This document shows, one piece after another, positions 53,101 to 62,935 of a stretch of DNA of 64,000 nt. A program made the position numbers and the translations under genes. The stretch is from NCBI GenBank assembly GCA_977020255.1, contig CDROCS010001089.1, forward strand, positions 372,001 to 436,000. The letters are read 5' to 3'. Source of the stretch: Obrimoposthia wandeli. Taxonomy: Eukaryota. How positions within the stretch are numbered: position 1 is the stretch's first letter; every line of letters starts with the position of its first letter. Below the pieces are notes generated by a model. The model did not search any database. It was not told where the DNA came from and saw nothing but the letters and a program-made list of their open reading frames with translations.

Positions 53101-53472
53101 GTCTTAAAAACCCCTCTATAAAGTGTGTTGAGGTAGCTAACTTTCAACAAATCTGTTTATTAGTGTATAGACAGCTTTTAAGCAGCATTTATTTTGCTCT
53201 CTAGTTATTAATCAACTCAACTACTCCATCGAAATCTCAGAACTGCCACTATCCATTGTTGAGTCAGTAACTCTTACCTGTACTTAGGCTGAGTGCGTTT
53301 TTAATAGTGTTATTTTTGGGCATTTATGAGGGTGAATTAGTGCTTAAGTATTAATTTATGCACTGTTTTATATGTAAAATCTAAAGGGCTCTACAAAGTT
53401 AACGTATGAAAAATAATCAATTCTATGTTGACAAACTTAAGCTTATGATTTTATATAAGATAGAAAAGAGGA

Positions 53473-54342
53473 ATGATGATAATGAAGGAACATGTATTAG
53501 TAATTGCACACATAGAAGATAATGATTTTCTGTCTATAGAGAAGGCTCGCGATATTACTCTCCCTATGAACCCTACATTGGATATCATCCAATTTATCAA
53601 GGCTACTGACGAGCCAAATATTAATCTAGAAGAGCGCATCAAGCAGCTTTCTGACAGCCTATCCGAAAACGTGCAACGTATATTTGAAGGGGCTAGTGAG
53701 GTTAGCAGCGACGTTATTGTCACTGATAATATCGCTGATTGGGTTGCTAATTATTGTGACACAACTGATGTTGACTTAGTGATCAAAGCTGGCCATCGCA
53801 GTGAATCGATGCTTCATACTCCCTGTGATTTTAAGTTGATGCGTCAAATCCATTGCCCAATTTTAGTAGCTAGCAATAAAACTTGGAAAACAAAGGCTAA
53901 CGTGCTTATGGCAATAGATCTAAGCCGTGAAGATGATGTTCATCAACAGCTTAATAGTTCAATTTTAAACTGGGGTGAAAAGCTTTCTAAAATCACCCAT
54001 AATCCGCTTCATGCCGTTTACAGTATTCCTATCGCTAAGCCGTTGTTGGAGTTTGATGTCGTAGAAAAGGACGCTGTGTTACTTAAAAAAGGACCAGCAG
54101 CAAAAGAAAAGATGCAACAATTACTGGCAAAATATGATATTGAATCCGTTTCTAGTCATATAGTTGCTGGCCCACCAGATAAGACTATTTCTCATGAAGC
54201 TAATGTATTAAAAAGTGATTTGTTGGTGATAGGTTATGTTGATCACGAGGGTGTTGGTAAGTTATTTGCCGGTAATACAGCTGAAAAAGTTCTTCACTTT
54301 TTGCGTACCGATTGTTTGGTCATCAAATTGCCTGCTAGTTAA
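53473..54342 (+). CDS. Tandem-domain universal stress protein (UspE-like)
   Basis: DLVIKAGH...HTPCDFKLMRQIHCPILV and LFAGNTAEKVLHFLRTDCLVIK. Confidence 0.82.
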   Translation: MMIMKEHVLVIAHIEDNDFLSIEKARDITLPMNPTLDIIQFIKATDEPNINLEERIKQLSDSLSENVQRIFEGASEVSSDVIVTDNIADWVANYCDTTDVDLVIKAGHRSESMLHTPCDFKLMRQIHCPILVASNKTWKTKANVLMAIDLSREDDVHQQLNSSILNWGEKLSKITHNPLHAVYSIPIAKPLLEFDVVEKDAVLLKKGPAAKEKMQQLLAKYDIESVSSHIVAGPPDKTISHEANVLKSDLLVIGYVDHEGVGKLFAGNTAEKVLHFLRTDCLVIKLPAS

Positions 54343-54600
54343 CTTCGCCACTTGTCCGCCGTTTTATGTTTAGCAAATAGATCTAAAGGCTTCAAGTTTA
54401 GTACTTAGAACTTTTAATAATTACCTAGTTAATTTAAGAAAGTCATCATTGTCCAATAAAACACCAGCATTAGCGCATCTTTGTCTATGAGCTTTTGCTG
54501 AGGAGAAAGCAATAATAACAAAGAACCCTTAATAGGCTTCAAAGTAGCTCATTGCTACTTCTCAATAAAAAAAGAAAGTAAAACGCTGGAGGTTCATGGA

Positions 54601-55074
54601 ATGAAACGTTGTAGCATTAGCTTGTTTTTAGTGTTATCTGCCTTCTGGTCATTCAACTCAGGGTACTATGGCATGTTAATGTTGTCTCTTGGGGTAGCAT
54701 CCATCTTATTTGTCATGTTTCTTAGCCATAGGATGACGGTTGTAGATGATGAGTCCCAGCCAGTTTATTTAACCCCTAAAATTTTCCGCTATCACTTATG
54801 GTTAGTAAAAGAAATTTGCCTGTCAAGTACCGCAGTGCTGATTCAAATTTGGCGCCGCGATCAAATTATTTCCCCTGCATTTAAAGTCATTAAAATTAGC
54901 CAGCAAACTGATATGGGTAAAGTGATATATGCAAACTCAATTACGCTTACTCCAGGCACTGTTGCTGTAGATATTCAAAATGACGAAATCCTAGTACACG
55001 CATTAGACTCTAGAGATTTAGATACTCTAGAGCTCGGTGAAATGGATGCACGTATTAGTTTATTGGAGCGTTAA
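54601..55074 (+). CDS. mrpE: Na+/H+ antiporter subunit E
   Basis: YANSITLTPGTV, LVHAL. Confidence 0.9.
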   Translation: MKRCSISLFLVLSAFWSFNSGYYGMLMLSLGVASILFVMFLSHRMTVVDDESQPVYLTPKIFRYHLWLVKEICLSSTAVLIQIWRRDQIISPAFKVIKISQQTDMGKVIYANSITLTPGTVAVDIQNDEILVHALDSRDLDTLELGEMDARISLLER

Positions 55075-55367
55075 TGATTATTGCAGCCACACTGGCTATC
55101 TTCTGCGCCATGATGCTTGCGATAGCTCGCGCTTTTATGGGACCGACACTTTACGACCGTATTTTAGCAGTCAATATGCTGGGTACGAAAACAGTGTTGC
55201 TGATTGCTTTGTTAGGTTTTGTCATGGGACGGCCTGATTTTCTAGATATAGCTATTGTCTATGCATTGATAAACTTTATTAGCATGATTGGAGTGCTTCG
55301 CTATAGCGATTCTGGCCAATTCAAAGATAGCGATGCTAGTCAACAATCTAATGGCGAGGAGCAATGA
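55074..55367 (+). CDS. mrpF: Na+/H+ antiporter subunit F
   Basis: GPTLYDRILAVN, DIAIVYALINFI. Confidence 0.9.
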   Translation: MIIAATLAIFCAMMLAIARAFMGPTLYDRILAVNMLGTKTVLLIALLGFVMGRPDFLDIAIVYALINFISMIGVLRYSDSGQFKDSDASQQSNGEEQ

Positions 55368-55715
55368 ATGGATTTTGTTGTGAACCTAATTAGTGGATTG
55401 TGTCTTTTAATTGGTGGGTTTATCTGCTTTTCCGGAGCTGTTGGTGTACTACGTTTTCCTGATTTTTACACACGGATGCACGCTGCAAGCGTTACTGATA
55501 CAGCTGGCTTCGTATTGATATTATTTGGCTTGATGTTAATGAGTCCTAATTATCTGGTATTTGCTAAATTAGTGATGATTTTATTACTTGGTCTAATGGT
55601 AGGGCCCACCACCAGTCATGTATTGGCAAAAGCAGCTTATCGAAATGGTGTTAGACCACAGCTCATTGCTAATGATGATTTAGATGATGAAGGAGGTGAT
55701 GCATCGAAATCTTAA
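55368..55715 (+). CDS. mrpG: Na+/H+ antiporter subunit G
   Basis: GVLRFPDFYTRMHAA, PTTSHVLAKAA. Confidence 0.9.
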   Translation: MDFVVNLISGLCLLIGGFICFSGAVGVLRFPDFYTRMHAASVTDTAGFVLILFGLMLMSPNYLVFAKLVMILLLGLMVGPTTSHVLAKAAYRNGVRPQLIANDDLDDEGGDASKS

Positions 55716-55762
55716 TCAACCTCTTATTACTCGCTCTATTACTTACTATTGCTATTGGCATT

Positions 55763-56725
55763 ATGTACATGCAAGATTTGTTTGTCGTCACTATGCTTTT
55801 AAGCATCTACGGTTTGCTCAGTGCTAGTTTTTTTGTCGCTATGGACGCTGTGGATGTTGCTTTTACTGAGGCTGCGGTAGGAGCTGGAATTTCTACTTTA
55901 CTGATGGTGGTAGTCATTTCTATTACCGGGCGTAAGGAGCACCCAGCTAGGCATAAACCGTATCAAGCTTTGCTCGTTGTCATTGCCACAGGTTTGCTGC
56001 TGTTTTATGGCACCTCTGATATGTCTTACTTTGGCTCTGCACAGGCGGCAATACACAACCACGTAGCTCCTCGATACATCAATGACTCGATGCAGGAGAT
56101 AGGGATACCTAATATCGTTACATCTGTATTAGCAAGCTATAGAGCGTTTGATACCTTTGGTGAAGTGGTCGTTATTTTTACTGCCGGAATAGGGGTGCTG
56201 GGCTTACTCACAGTATCGAAAAAGGCACAGAGCTTGTGGCAGCCTTTGCATAGAAAGACAGGTATGCATGAGCAGCATTTGGTTATTCGTATTGTCGCAA
56301 AAATATTATTTCCATTTATCTTTTTATTTGCTTTGTACGTCCAGTTCCACGGGGACTTTGGGCCCGGTGGCGGCTTTCAAGCGGGGGTGATTTTTGCTGC
56401 AGCTTTTATTTTGTACGCAATGATATTTGGCCTAGAAGCTGCGACAAAAGTTATTAAATTGCCCGTTATTGAATTGATAGCAGCGGTGGGAGTATTACTC
56501 TATGGCAGTGTTGGGGTGGCGACTTTGTTAAGCGGCGGTAATTTTTTTGACTACGATTACTTGCTGCCAAATCCAGTGGCAGGGCAGCACTTAGGCATTA
56601 TTTTAATTGAGCTGGGCGTTGGTTTAACAGTAACTTGCGTGATGATCATGATTTCTTTTGGTTTAAGTCATCGTCGTAAAGCGCTTGAACATACTCAAGT
56701 GATCAAATCGAGTGAGGAGCCGTAG
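55763..56725 (+). CDS. mrpB: Na+/H+ antiporter subunit B (DUF4040 plus MnhB fusion); real start probably upstream at ATC 55703
   Basis: DAVDVAFTEAAVGAG, NIVTSVLASYRAFDTFGE, HGDFGPGGGFQAG; frame open upstream to TGA 55697. Confidence 0.85.
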   Translation: MYMQDLFVVTMLLSIYGLLSASFFVAMDAVDVAFTEAAVGAGISTLLMVVVISITGRKEHPARHKPYQALLVVIATGLLLFYGTSDMSYFGSAQAAIHNHVAPRYINDSMQEIGIPNIVTSVLASYRAFDTFGEVVVIFTAGIGVLGLLTVSKKAQSLWQPLHRKTGMHEQHLVIRIVAKILFPFIFLFALYVQFHGDFGPGGGFQAGVIFAAAFILYAMIFGLEAATKVIKLPVIELIAAVGVLLYGSVGVATLLSGGNFFDYDYLLPNPVAGQHLGIILIELGVGLTVTCVMIMISFGLSHRRKALEHTQVIKSSEEP

Positions 56726-56727
56726 AA

Positions 56728-57114
56728 ATGTTAATGGGGTTGGTAAACACTTGGGTGGCAATATTATTGATGATGATAGGGCTGTATATCGTCATTGCTC
56801 AAGGTAATTTAATCAAGAAAATAGTTGGTTTGACCCTCTTTCAAACCTCGGTATTCATCTTTTACATCAGTATGGCAAAAATTGAAGGGGGCACAGCGCC
56901 AATTTTAGCGCAGGGGATTAGTGAGTATTCCAACCCTTTGCCTCACGCACTTATTTTAACGGCAATAGTGGTTGGCATATCCACAACTGCCTTAGCACTT
57001 TCGCTGATTGTACGTATTAAAGAATCTTATGGAAGCATCGAGGAGGATGATATTCAAACGCAAGATGAAGGCCAGGAAAGAACGAGTGAAAGTACCGAGA
57101 GCAAGCAAATCTAA
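56728..57114 (+). CDS. mrpC: Na+/H+ antiporter subunit C
   Basis: NLIKKIVGL, NPLPHALILTAIVVG. Confidence 0.92.
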   Translation: MLMGLVNTWVAILLMMIGLYIVIAQGNLIKKIVGLTLFQTSVFIFYISMAKIEGGTAPILAQGISEYSNPLPHALILTAIVVGISTTALALSLIVRIKESYGSIEEDDIQTQDEGQERTSESTESKQI

Positions 57115-57260
57115 TACAACAAGTTTATATGGTCAAGTTTCACACTTTACCTGGCTCGCCTCGACCATCGCTGCTACTAGAAAGCTTCTTTGGATACTAA
57201 CCACTCACTCTAAGCACGTATAAACGAAGACCTTATAATAAACATAAAAAGGGGCAAAGC

Positions 57261-58757
57261 ATGATGTCACAACTGCCGGTTTTGCAAGTGATTCTGCCAT
57301 TGATGGCGGCACCACTATGCTTGATGCTAAAGCGCAGTCAACTTGTGTGGTGTTTTTGTTTGCTTGTCAGCTTCCTGTCTCTGTTAATTAGCTTGTTATT
57401 AGTACAGCAAGTAGTAGCTGTTGGCGCTATTAGTTATGAGTTTGGTGGCTGGGAAGTTCCTTGGGGAATTGAATACCGAATAGATCATCTCAATGTCCTG
57501 CTGCTATTAATTATTACTTTTATTAGTAGCTTTGTGTTAATTGCCGCGCGTGCCAGTATTGAACAAGAAATTGATCAAGAAAAGCACTGCTATTTCTATA
57601 TTTTATATCTACTTAATCTCAGTGGGATGCTGGGGATTGTCGCGACAGGGGATGCCTTTAATATATTTGTATTTTTAGAGGTATCTTCACTTTCTGCTTA
57701 TGCACTGATAGCGATGGGTAGTAACAGGCGTGCTCTTTGGGCCTCTTATCAATACCTAATAATGGGTACTATTGGTGCAACGTTTATCTTGATTGGTATC
57801 GGGATGATGTATCACATAACAGGTACGTTAAATATTACCGATCTTTATACCCGCTTGGCTGAAGTCTCTCAAAAACGCACTTTACTCACCGCTTTTGTAT
57901 TTATTATTGTTGGTGTGTGCCTCAAGTTAGCGCTCTTTCCTCTGCATTTATGGTTACCTAATGCCTATGCTTACGCGCCTTCCATTGTTAGCGCATTTTT
58001 AGCGGCGACCGCTACAAAAGTGGCCATTTACTTATTGATACGCTTTACCTATTCAGTGTTTGGCCCAGCTGTTGCCTTTGCTGCAATTCCTTTGCAAACG
58101 CTGTTTATGATACTGGGGTTACTAGGCATCTTTGCTGCTTCCATTGCTGCTATTTATCAAAGTAATGTGAAATTGCTATTTGCTTACTCAAGTATTGCGC
58201 ATATCGGTTATATGATAGTAGGTTTTAGCCTGAATACAGTGTCGGGCTTAACGGCTACTTTGCTGCATCTCTTTAATCACGCCTTGATGAAAAGCGCGAT
58301 ATTTTTAGCGTTAGCTGCAATAGTATTTCGTGTCGGCAATGTTGAGCTGAAAAGCTTTCAAGGGTTAGGTCGCAAAATGCCTTGGACCATGGCAGCGATT
58401 GTTATCGCAGGCTTAAGTTTAATAGGTGTGCCTTTAACAGTGGGTTTTGTTAGTAAATGGTACTTGTTGCTAGCTATTATTGAGCAAAATCGTTGGTTTG
58501 TCGCTGGGCTAATACTATTGGGCTCTTTACTGGCAGTGGTTTATGTTTGGCGCATCGTTGAAATTGCCTATTTCAAAACGGCTACATTGACTGATAAACC
58601 CAATTTAAATCAAGCTGCTAGCCAAGAAGCACCTTGGAGTTTTTTAGTGCCAATATGGGCATTAATAGGCGCTAATATCTACTTTGGCATAGATACTCGC
58701 TTAAGCCTGTATTTAGCTCAATCAGCCGCGCAGAGTTTATTTGGGGTTACGCCATGA
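57261..58757 (+). CDS. mrpD: Na+/H+ antiporter subunit D, copy 1 (NuoM/N-like)
   Basis: DAFNIFVFLEV, KLALFPLHLWLPNAY, LFAYSSIAHIGY, NHALMKSAIFL. Confidence 0.88.
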   Translation: MMSQLPVLQVILPLMAAPLCLMLKRSQLVWCFCLLVSFLSLLISLLLVQQVVAVGAISYEFGGWEVPWGIEYRIDHLNVLLLLIITFISSFVLIAARASIEQEIDQEKHCYFYILYLLNLSGMLGIVATGDAFNIFVFLEVSSLSAYALIAMGSNRRALWASYQYLIMGTIGATFILIGIGMMYHITGTLNITDLYTRLAEVSQKRTLLTAFVFIIVGVCLKLALFPLHLWLPNAYAYAPSIVSAFLAATATKVAIYLLIRFTYSVFGPAVAFAAIPLQTLFMILGLLGIFAASIAAIYQSNVKLLFAYSSIAHIGYMIVGFSLNTVSGLTATLLHLFNHALMKSAIFLALAAIVFRVGNVELKSFQGLGRKMPWTMAAIVIAGLSLIGVPLTVGFVSKWYLLLAIIEQNRWFVAGLILLGSLLAVVYVWRIVEIAYFKTATLTDKPNLNQAASQEAPWSFLVPIWALIGANIYFGIDTRLSLYLAQSAAQSLFGVTP

Positions 58758-60286
58758 ATATCTCTTTGAGCTTGATACTGCAATTAGCAATCCTTGTGCC
58801 TGCCTGCGCAAGTGGATTGATTGTCGCGACAGGTAAAAATGCTAATCTTAGAGAAGGCGTCACAATCACTAGTGCTTTAGTGCTGATTTACTTGGTGGCT
58901 AATTTGTACTCTGGTTTTACAGCAGGGCAGGTTATTCATGTTTTTTGGTGGGAGTTACTACCAGGTTTAACCATTAGCTTTGAAGTTGAAGCTCTAGGGG
59001 TTTTGTTTGCTTTAATTGCCAGTTTTCTTTGGTTAGTTACCACAATCTATGCCATTGGTTATATGCGCGCTCATCAGGAGAAAAACCAAACTCGCTTCTA
59101 CTGCTGTTTTGCGGTTGCTATCGCTGCGGTAATGGGCATTGCCTTCGCCGATAATTTGTTTACCTTATTCATCTTTTATGAAGTACTTACACTATCTACC
59201 TATCCGTTAGTAACGCATACAGGCACTGAAAAGGCGATAAAGAGTGGCCGTGTTTATTTAGGTATCTTACTTGGCACTTCTATTATGTTCTTGCTGTCGG
59301 CTATTGTTGGAACATGGGTTATAGCTGGCAGCTTGGACTTCACCGCAGGTGGAGTATTTAGTCCCGATGTAGATAAAACCTTAGCAGGCATCTTATTATT
59401 GTTGTTTGTTTTTGGTGTGGGCAAAGCGGCGATTATGCCTTTTCATCGCTGGTTACCCGCTGCAATGGTTGCCCCAACTCCTGTCAGTGCATTGTTACAT
59501 GCAGTGGCAGTGGTAAAAGCCGGTGTGTTCACGGTCCTTAAAATTTGTGTGTTCATTTTCGGCCTAGATCTTTTACCTAAGTTACCGACGACCCAATTTT
59601 TGCTGTATCTAGCGGGTGCATCAGTGCTAATCGCCTCGATAGTGGCGATGCGCCAAGATAACTTAAAGTTGAGGCTGGCTTATTCAACAATCAGCCAATT
59701 GGGATATGTCACGATAGGCGCTCTGTTAGCGACATCGTCAGGAACAATAGGCAGTGCGTTACATATAGCGGCGCATGCGTTTGGTAAGATAACGCTGTTT
59801 TTTTGCGCAGGGGCTATTTTGGTAAGCTTGCATAAATCTAACATCAGTGAAATGCGCGGAATTGGACGACAGATGCCAATAACAATGTGCGCATTTTTTA
59901 TTGCTAGCCTAAGTATTATAGGTGTTCCACCAGCTGTGGGGACTTGGAGCAAATGGTTTTTATTGATGGGAACCTTAGAAGCTGAGCAATATATATTAAT
60001 GGTGGTTTTAATGCTCAGCTCTTTAATGAATATTGCCTATTTAATCCCTATTCCAATCCATGCTTTTTTCCCTAACTTAACTAACAATAAAAAGCCGGAT
60101 CAGCAAGGTGCTGGCATTTCCAAGCCAGGATTTAATAGCTCGGCTAGTGTTGAGCTAAAGGAGGCGCCGTTACCTTCATTAATTGCCATCGTCATTACGA
60201 GCTCTGCTTGCTTAATTTTATTTGTTTTCCCAGAGTCTTTACTAGCACTGGCAAAGGCGATTTTGAGTGCAGGGGATCAGCTATGA
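58754..60286 (+). CDS. mrpD: Na+/H+ antiporter subunit D, copy 2
   Basis: GKAAIMPFHRWLPAAMVAPTPVSALLHAVAVVKAG, RLAYSTISQLGY, HAFGKITLFFCAG. Confidence 0.85.
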   Translation: MNISLSLILQLAILVPACASGLIVATGKNANLREGVTITSALVLIYLVANLYSGFTAGQVIHVFWWELLPGLTISFEVEALGVLFALIASFLWLVTTIYAIGYMRAHQEKNQTRFYCCFAVAIAAVMGIAFADNLFTLFIFYEVLTLSTYPLVTHTGTEKAIKSGRVYLGILLGTSIMFLLSAIVGTWVIAGSLDFTAGGVFSPDVDKTLAGILLLLFVFGVGKAAIMPFHRWLPAAMVAPTPVSALLHAVAVVKAGVFTVLKICVFIFGLDLLPKLPTTQFLLYLAGASVLIASIVAMRQDNLKLRLAYSTISQLGYVTIGALLATSSGTIGSALHIAAHAFGKITLFFCAGAILVSLHKSNISEMRGIGRQMPITMCAFFIASLSIIGVPPAVGTWSKWFLLMGTLEAEQYILMVVLMLSSLMNIAYLIPIPIHAFFPNLTNNKKPDQQGAGISKPGFNSSASVELKEAPLPSLIAIVITSSACLILFVFPESLLALAKAILSAGDQL

Positions 60287-60684
60287 CAGAAAAAAAGTTA
60301 GCACCACAAGAAGAGCCAGGTGTGTTTGATTCTCCAAGAAACGTGACGCTTGTTTTAAGGTTTTTGTATTGCGGTTGTATTTTGTTGTTTATGTTAGATT
60401 TTGTTATCCATCGACACGTGCTTCACCCATGGGAAAACGTTTGGAGTTTTTATTCCATTTACGGCTTTGTTAGCTGTGTGATACTTGTCATTATCGCGAG
60501 CTGGATGCGCCCCTTTTTGATCAGAGATGAGAATTATTATGATAATGAAGGGCTTGGTGCTGATGATCTTGAAAATAGTAAAAGTGTGGATGAGCAAGTC
60601 GCTATTAAAACCACCAGCAGCGACGAGATAAAGACAGATAGCAACCACATAACAGCAATAGGTGGTAAGCATGTTGATGACTGA
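60283..60684 (+). CDS. Small 2-TM protein embedded in the mrp operon
   Basis: ATGA overlap with mrpD2 at 60283-60286; MTEKK...LDFVIHRH..HPWENVWSFYSIYGFVSCVILV...RDENYYD. Confidence 0.7.
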   Translation: MTEKKLAPQEEPGVFDSPRNVTLVLRFLYCGCILLFMLDFVIHRHVLHPWENVWSFYSIYGFVSCVILVIIASWMRPFLIRDENYYDNEGLGADDLENSKSVDEQVAIKTTSSDEIKTDSNHITAIGGKHVDD

Positions 60685-62368
60685 GCTACCACCGTTCATA
60701 TTTCTATTCGCCGCTGCATTAATTGCCGCGGTGACACGTGGCAAACTGCGTGGCGTATTAATGATCGTTATTCCTATCATCAGTGCGCTAAATCTTTGGG
60801 GGGGTACAGAAGGGATCCATCTGCAAATCGCTTTTATGGATTATCAATTAATACCTTATCGTGTCGACAAACTGAGTTTGATCTTCGGTTATATATTTCA
60901 TATAGCAGCATTGATCGGCGTTATTTATGCATTACATGTGCGTGATACAGTGCAGCAAGTTTCGGCTATGTTGTATGCTGCAAGCGGGTTAGGAGCTGTT
61001 TTTGCGGGTGATTTGTTGACCTTGTTTGTCTTTTGGGAGCTGTTGGCTTTTACCTCGGTATTTCTTATTTGGGCGCGCAGAACGCGCCGTGCCTATATGG
61101 CAGGAATCCGCTACCTAATTGTGCAGGTGTTATCAGGGGTGATTCTTTTTGTGGGCTGCCTCTTTTATGTCGCAGAGCATAATACCCTACAATTTGACTA
61201 TATAGGGTTAGAAGGGATAGCAGGGTGGCTTATTTTTATCGCCTTTGGAATCAAGTGCGCGTTTCCTTTCGCTCATAACTGGCTAACAGATGCCTACCCT
61301 GAGGCAACGGTTACCGGTACTGTTTTTCTCAGTGCTTTCACCACCAAAGTAGCCGTATATGCTTTAGCACGTGGTTATCCAGGTACCGAGCTCCTCGTTT
61401 ATATTGGCGCTGCGATGGCCTGTTTTCCAATATTCTTTGCCGTCATTGAAAATGACTTACGCCGAGTGCTAGCTTATAGTTTATTGAATCAAGTTGGCTT
61501 CATGGTGGTTGGTATTGGCATTGGAACAGCACTAGCGCTTAATGGAGCAGTATCCCACGCCTTTAATGATGTGATCTTTAAAGGGTTACTGTTTATGTCG
61601 ATGGGTGCTGTGTTACAGATGACAGGGCGCATTAATGGCTCTGATCTCGGAGGCTTGTACAAAACTATGCCCAAAACGGCGCTGCTGTGTATTATAGGTG
61701 CTGCTTCAATATCTGCCTTCCCGTTGTTTAGCGGCTTTGTTAGTAAATCAATGGTGATGAGTGCAGCCGTTACAGAAGGTTACGACTGGATATGGTTAAT
61801 GCTACTCTTTGCTTCAGCAGGAGTTTTTCACCATGCAGGGATAAAAATCCCCTATTTTGCCTTTTTTGCTCACGACTCTGGTATTAGAGCTGCTGATCCA
61901 CCAAAGAATATGCTGATAGCGATGACTATCTCTGCTGCACTTTGCATTGGTATTGGTGTTTATCCGCAAGCATTATACACACATTTACCTTTTGATATCG
62001 CTTACAACCCCTATGACGCTACTCATGTGCTTGCGCAAACACAATTGCTGTTTTTCTCAGCTTTAGCTTTTGTGTGGCTCAATAAAAAAGGGCTGTATCC
62101 TCCTGAGCTGCGCTCGACTCACCTAGATTTTGACTGGTTCTATCGTCGGTTCTTCCCAGAGGTGTTGAAGAAATCATTTACTATCATTTGGCAAGTCGAT
62201 GCTCGTTCAAGGATAATGGTTAGACGAAAGCTCACAGCACACTTCAGCTACCTCAATGAAAAAAAAACGCGATTGAGTAACTTAGGATCGCACGACTACC
62301 CCTTAGGCAATATGGTTATGTGGGTTGCAATTGTGCTTGCTATCTACTTGCTCCTTAGCATTTTTTAG
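60662..62368 (+). CDS. mrpD: Na+/H+ antiporter subunit D, copy 3 (NuoL/MrpA-N-like); probable start ATG 60671
   Basis: GDLLTLFVFWE, FPFAHNWLTDAYPEAT, RRVLAYSLLNQVGFMV, FHHAGIKIPYF. Confidence 0.82.
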   Translation: MVSMLMTELPPFIFLFAAALIAAVTRGKLRGVLMIVIPIISALNLWGGTEGIHLQIAFMDYQLIPYRVDKLSLIFGYIFHIAALIGVIYALHVRDTVQQVSAMLYAASGLGAVFAGDLLTLFVFWELLAFTSVFLIWARRTRRAYMAGIRYLIVQVLSGVILFVGCLFYVAEHNTLQFDYIGLEGIAGWLIFIAFGIKCAFPFAHNWLTDAYPEATVTGTVFLSAFTTKVAVYALARGYPGTELLVYIGAAMACFPIFFAVIENDLRRVLAYSLLNQVGFMVVGIGIGTALALNGAVSHAFNDVIFKGLLFMSMGAVLQMTGRINGSDLGGLYKTMPKTALLCIIGAASISAFPLFSGFVSKSMVMSAAVTEGYDWIWLMLLFASAGVFHHAGIKIPYFAFFAHDSGIRAADPPKNMLIAMTISAALCIGIGVYPQALYTHLPFDIAYNPYDATHVLAQTQLLFFSALAFVWLNKKGLYPPELRSTHLDFDWFYRRFFPEVLKKSFTIIWQVDARSRIMVRRKLTAHFSYLNEKKTRLSNLGSHDYPLGNMVMWVAIVLAIYLLLSIF

Positions 62369-62935
62369 TGAAATGCCCTCAAGCTACTGCTGAAAAAACC
62401 GAGTTTCTTGAATGCTGACATTTTACACTTTGCTAGCCCTGTAAGTGTTCATGACGGCATTTTCGCGTGTATTCGTTATTTATCTAGCCGCATATCGACA
62501 TCCCGTTGCGGCACTCGTCATATTTCATTTCTCTGGCGACGAAGGTCTGTATACGAATCCTCACCTGATCGCTTGTTTACACATACATGAAGATAGATAC
62601 TTTCATGGCAAATAAACTGACCTAGATTGTTTGAAATCCAATCAGATATCTTCATAGAACTCGACTAAACACGTATTTTTCTTAGATAGTGAATATCATA
62701 TTCTATGTCAATTTTATGGCATTACTCGTATCGCTTTCCTGCATTGCGCATCAGCTTTCGGTACTATCCCACTATCATTTCTCTTGCCCGAGAAAAAGAT
62801 AGCAGCTTTTCTTCTACTGGTCTTTCTTTCTACCAGTTTAGATGATGCACTTCAGAACTGAATCTGAGCAGTAACGTGTTGCATAATTTTAAATTTACTA
62901 CAGCTAACAATAAAAACCTACATTGGGAATAAACT

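Noticed and set aside
57261-62368. Complex I (nuoLMN) or hydrogenase-4 membrane subunits
   Set aside because: No redox subunits nearby; flanked by mrpE, F, G, B and C
62369-62935. 570-bp gap with short ORFs (62408-62590, 62830-63021) as a possible gene remnant
   Set aside because: I translated 62380-62606 in three minus-strand frames plus the track ORFs and found no recognisable motif; the rest was only read by eye, so a tblastx would be needed
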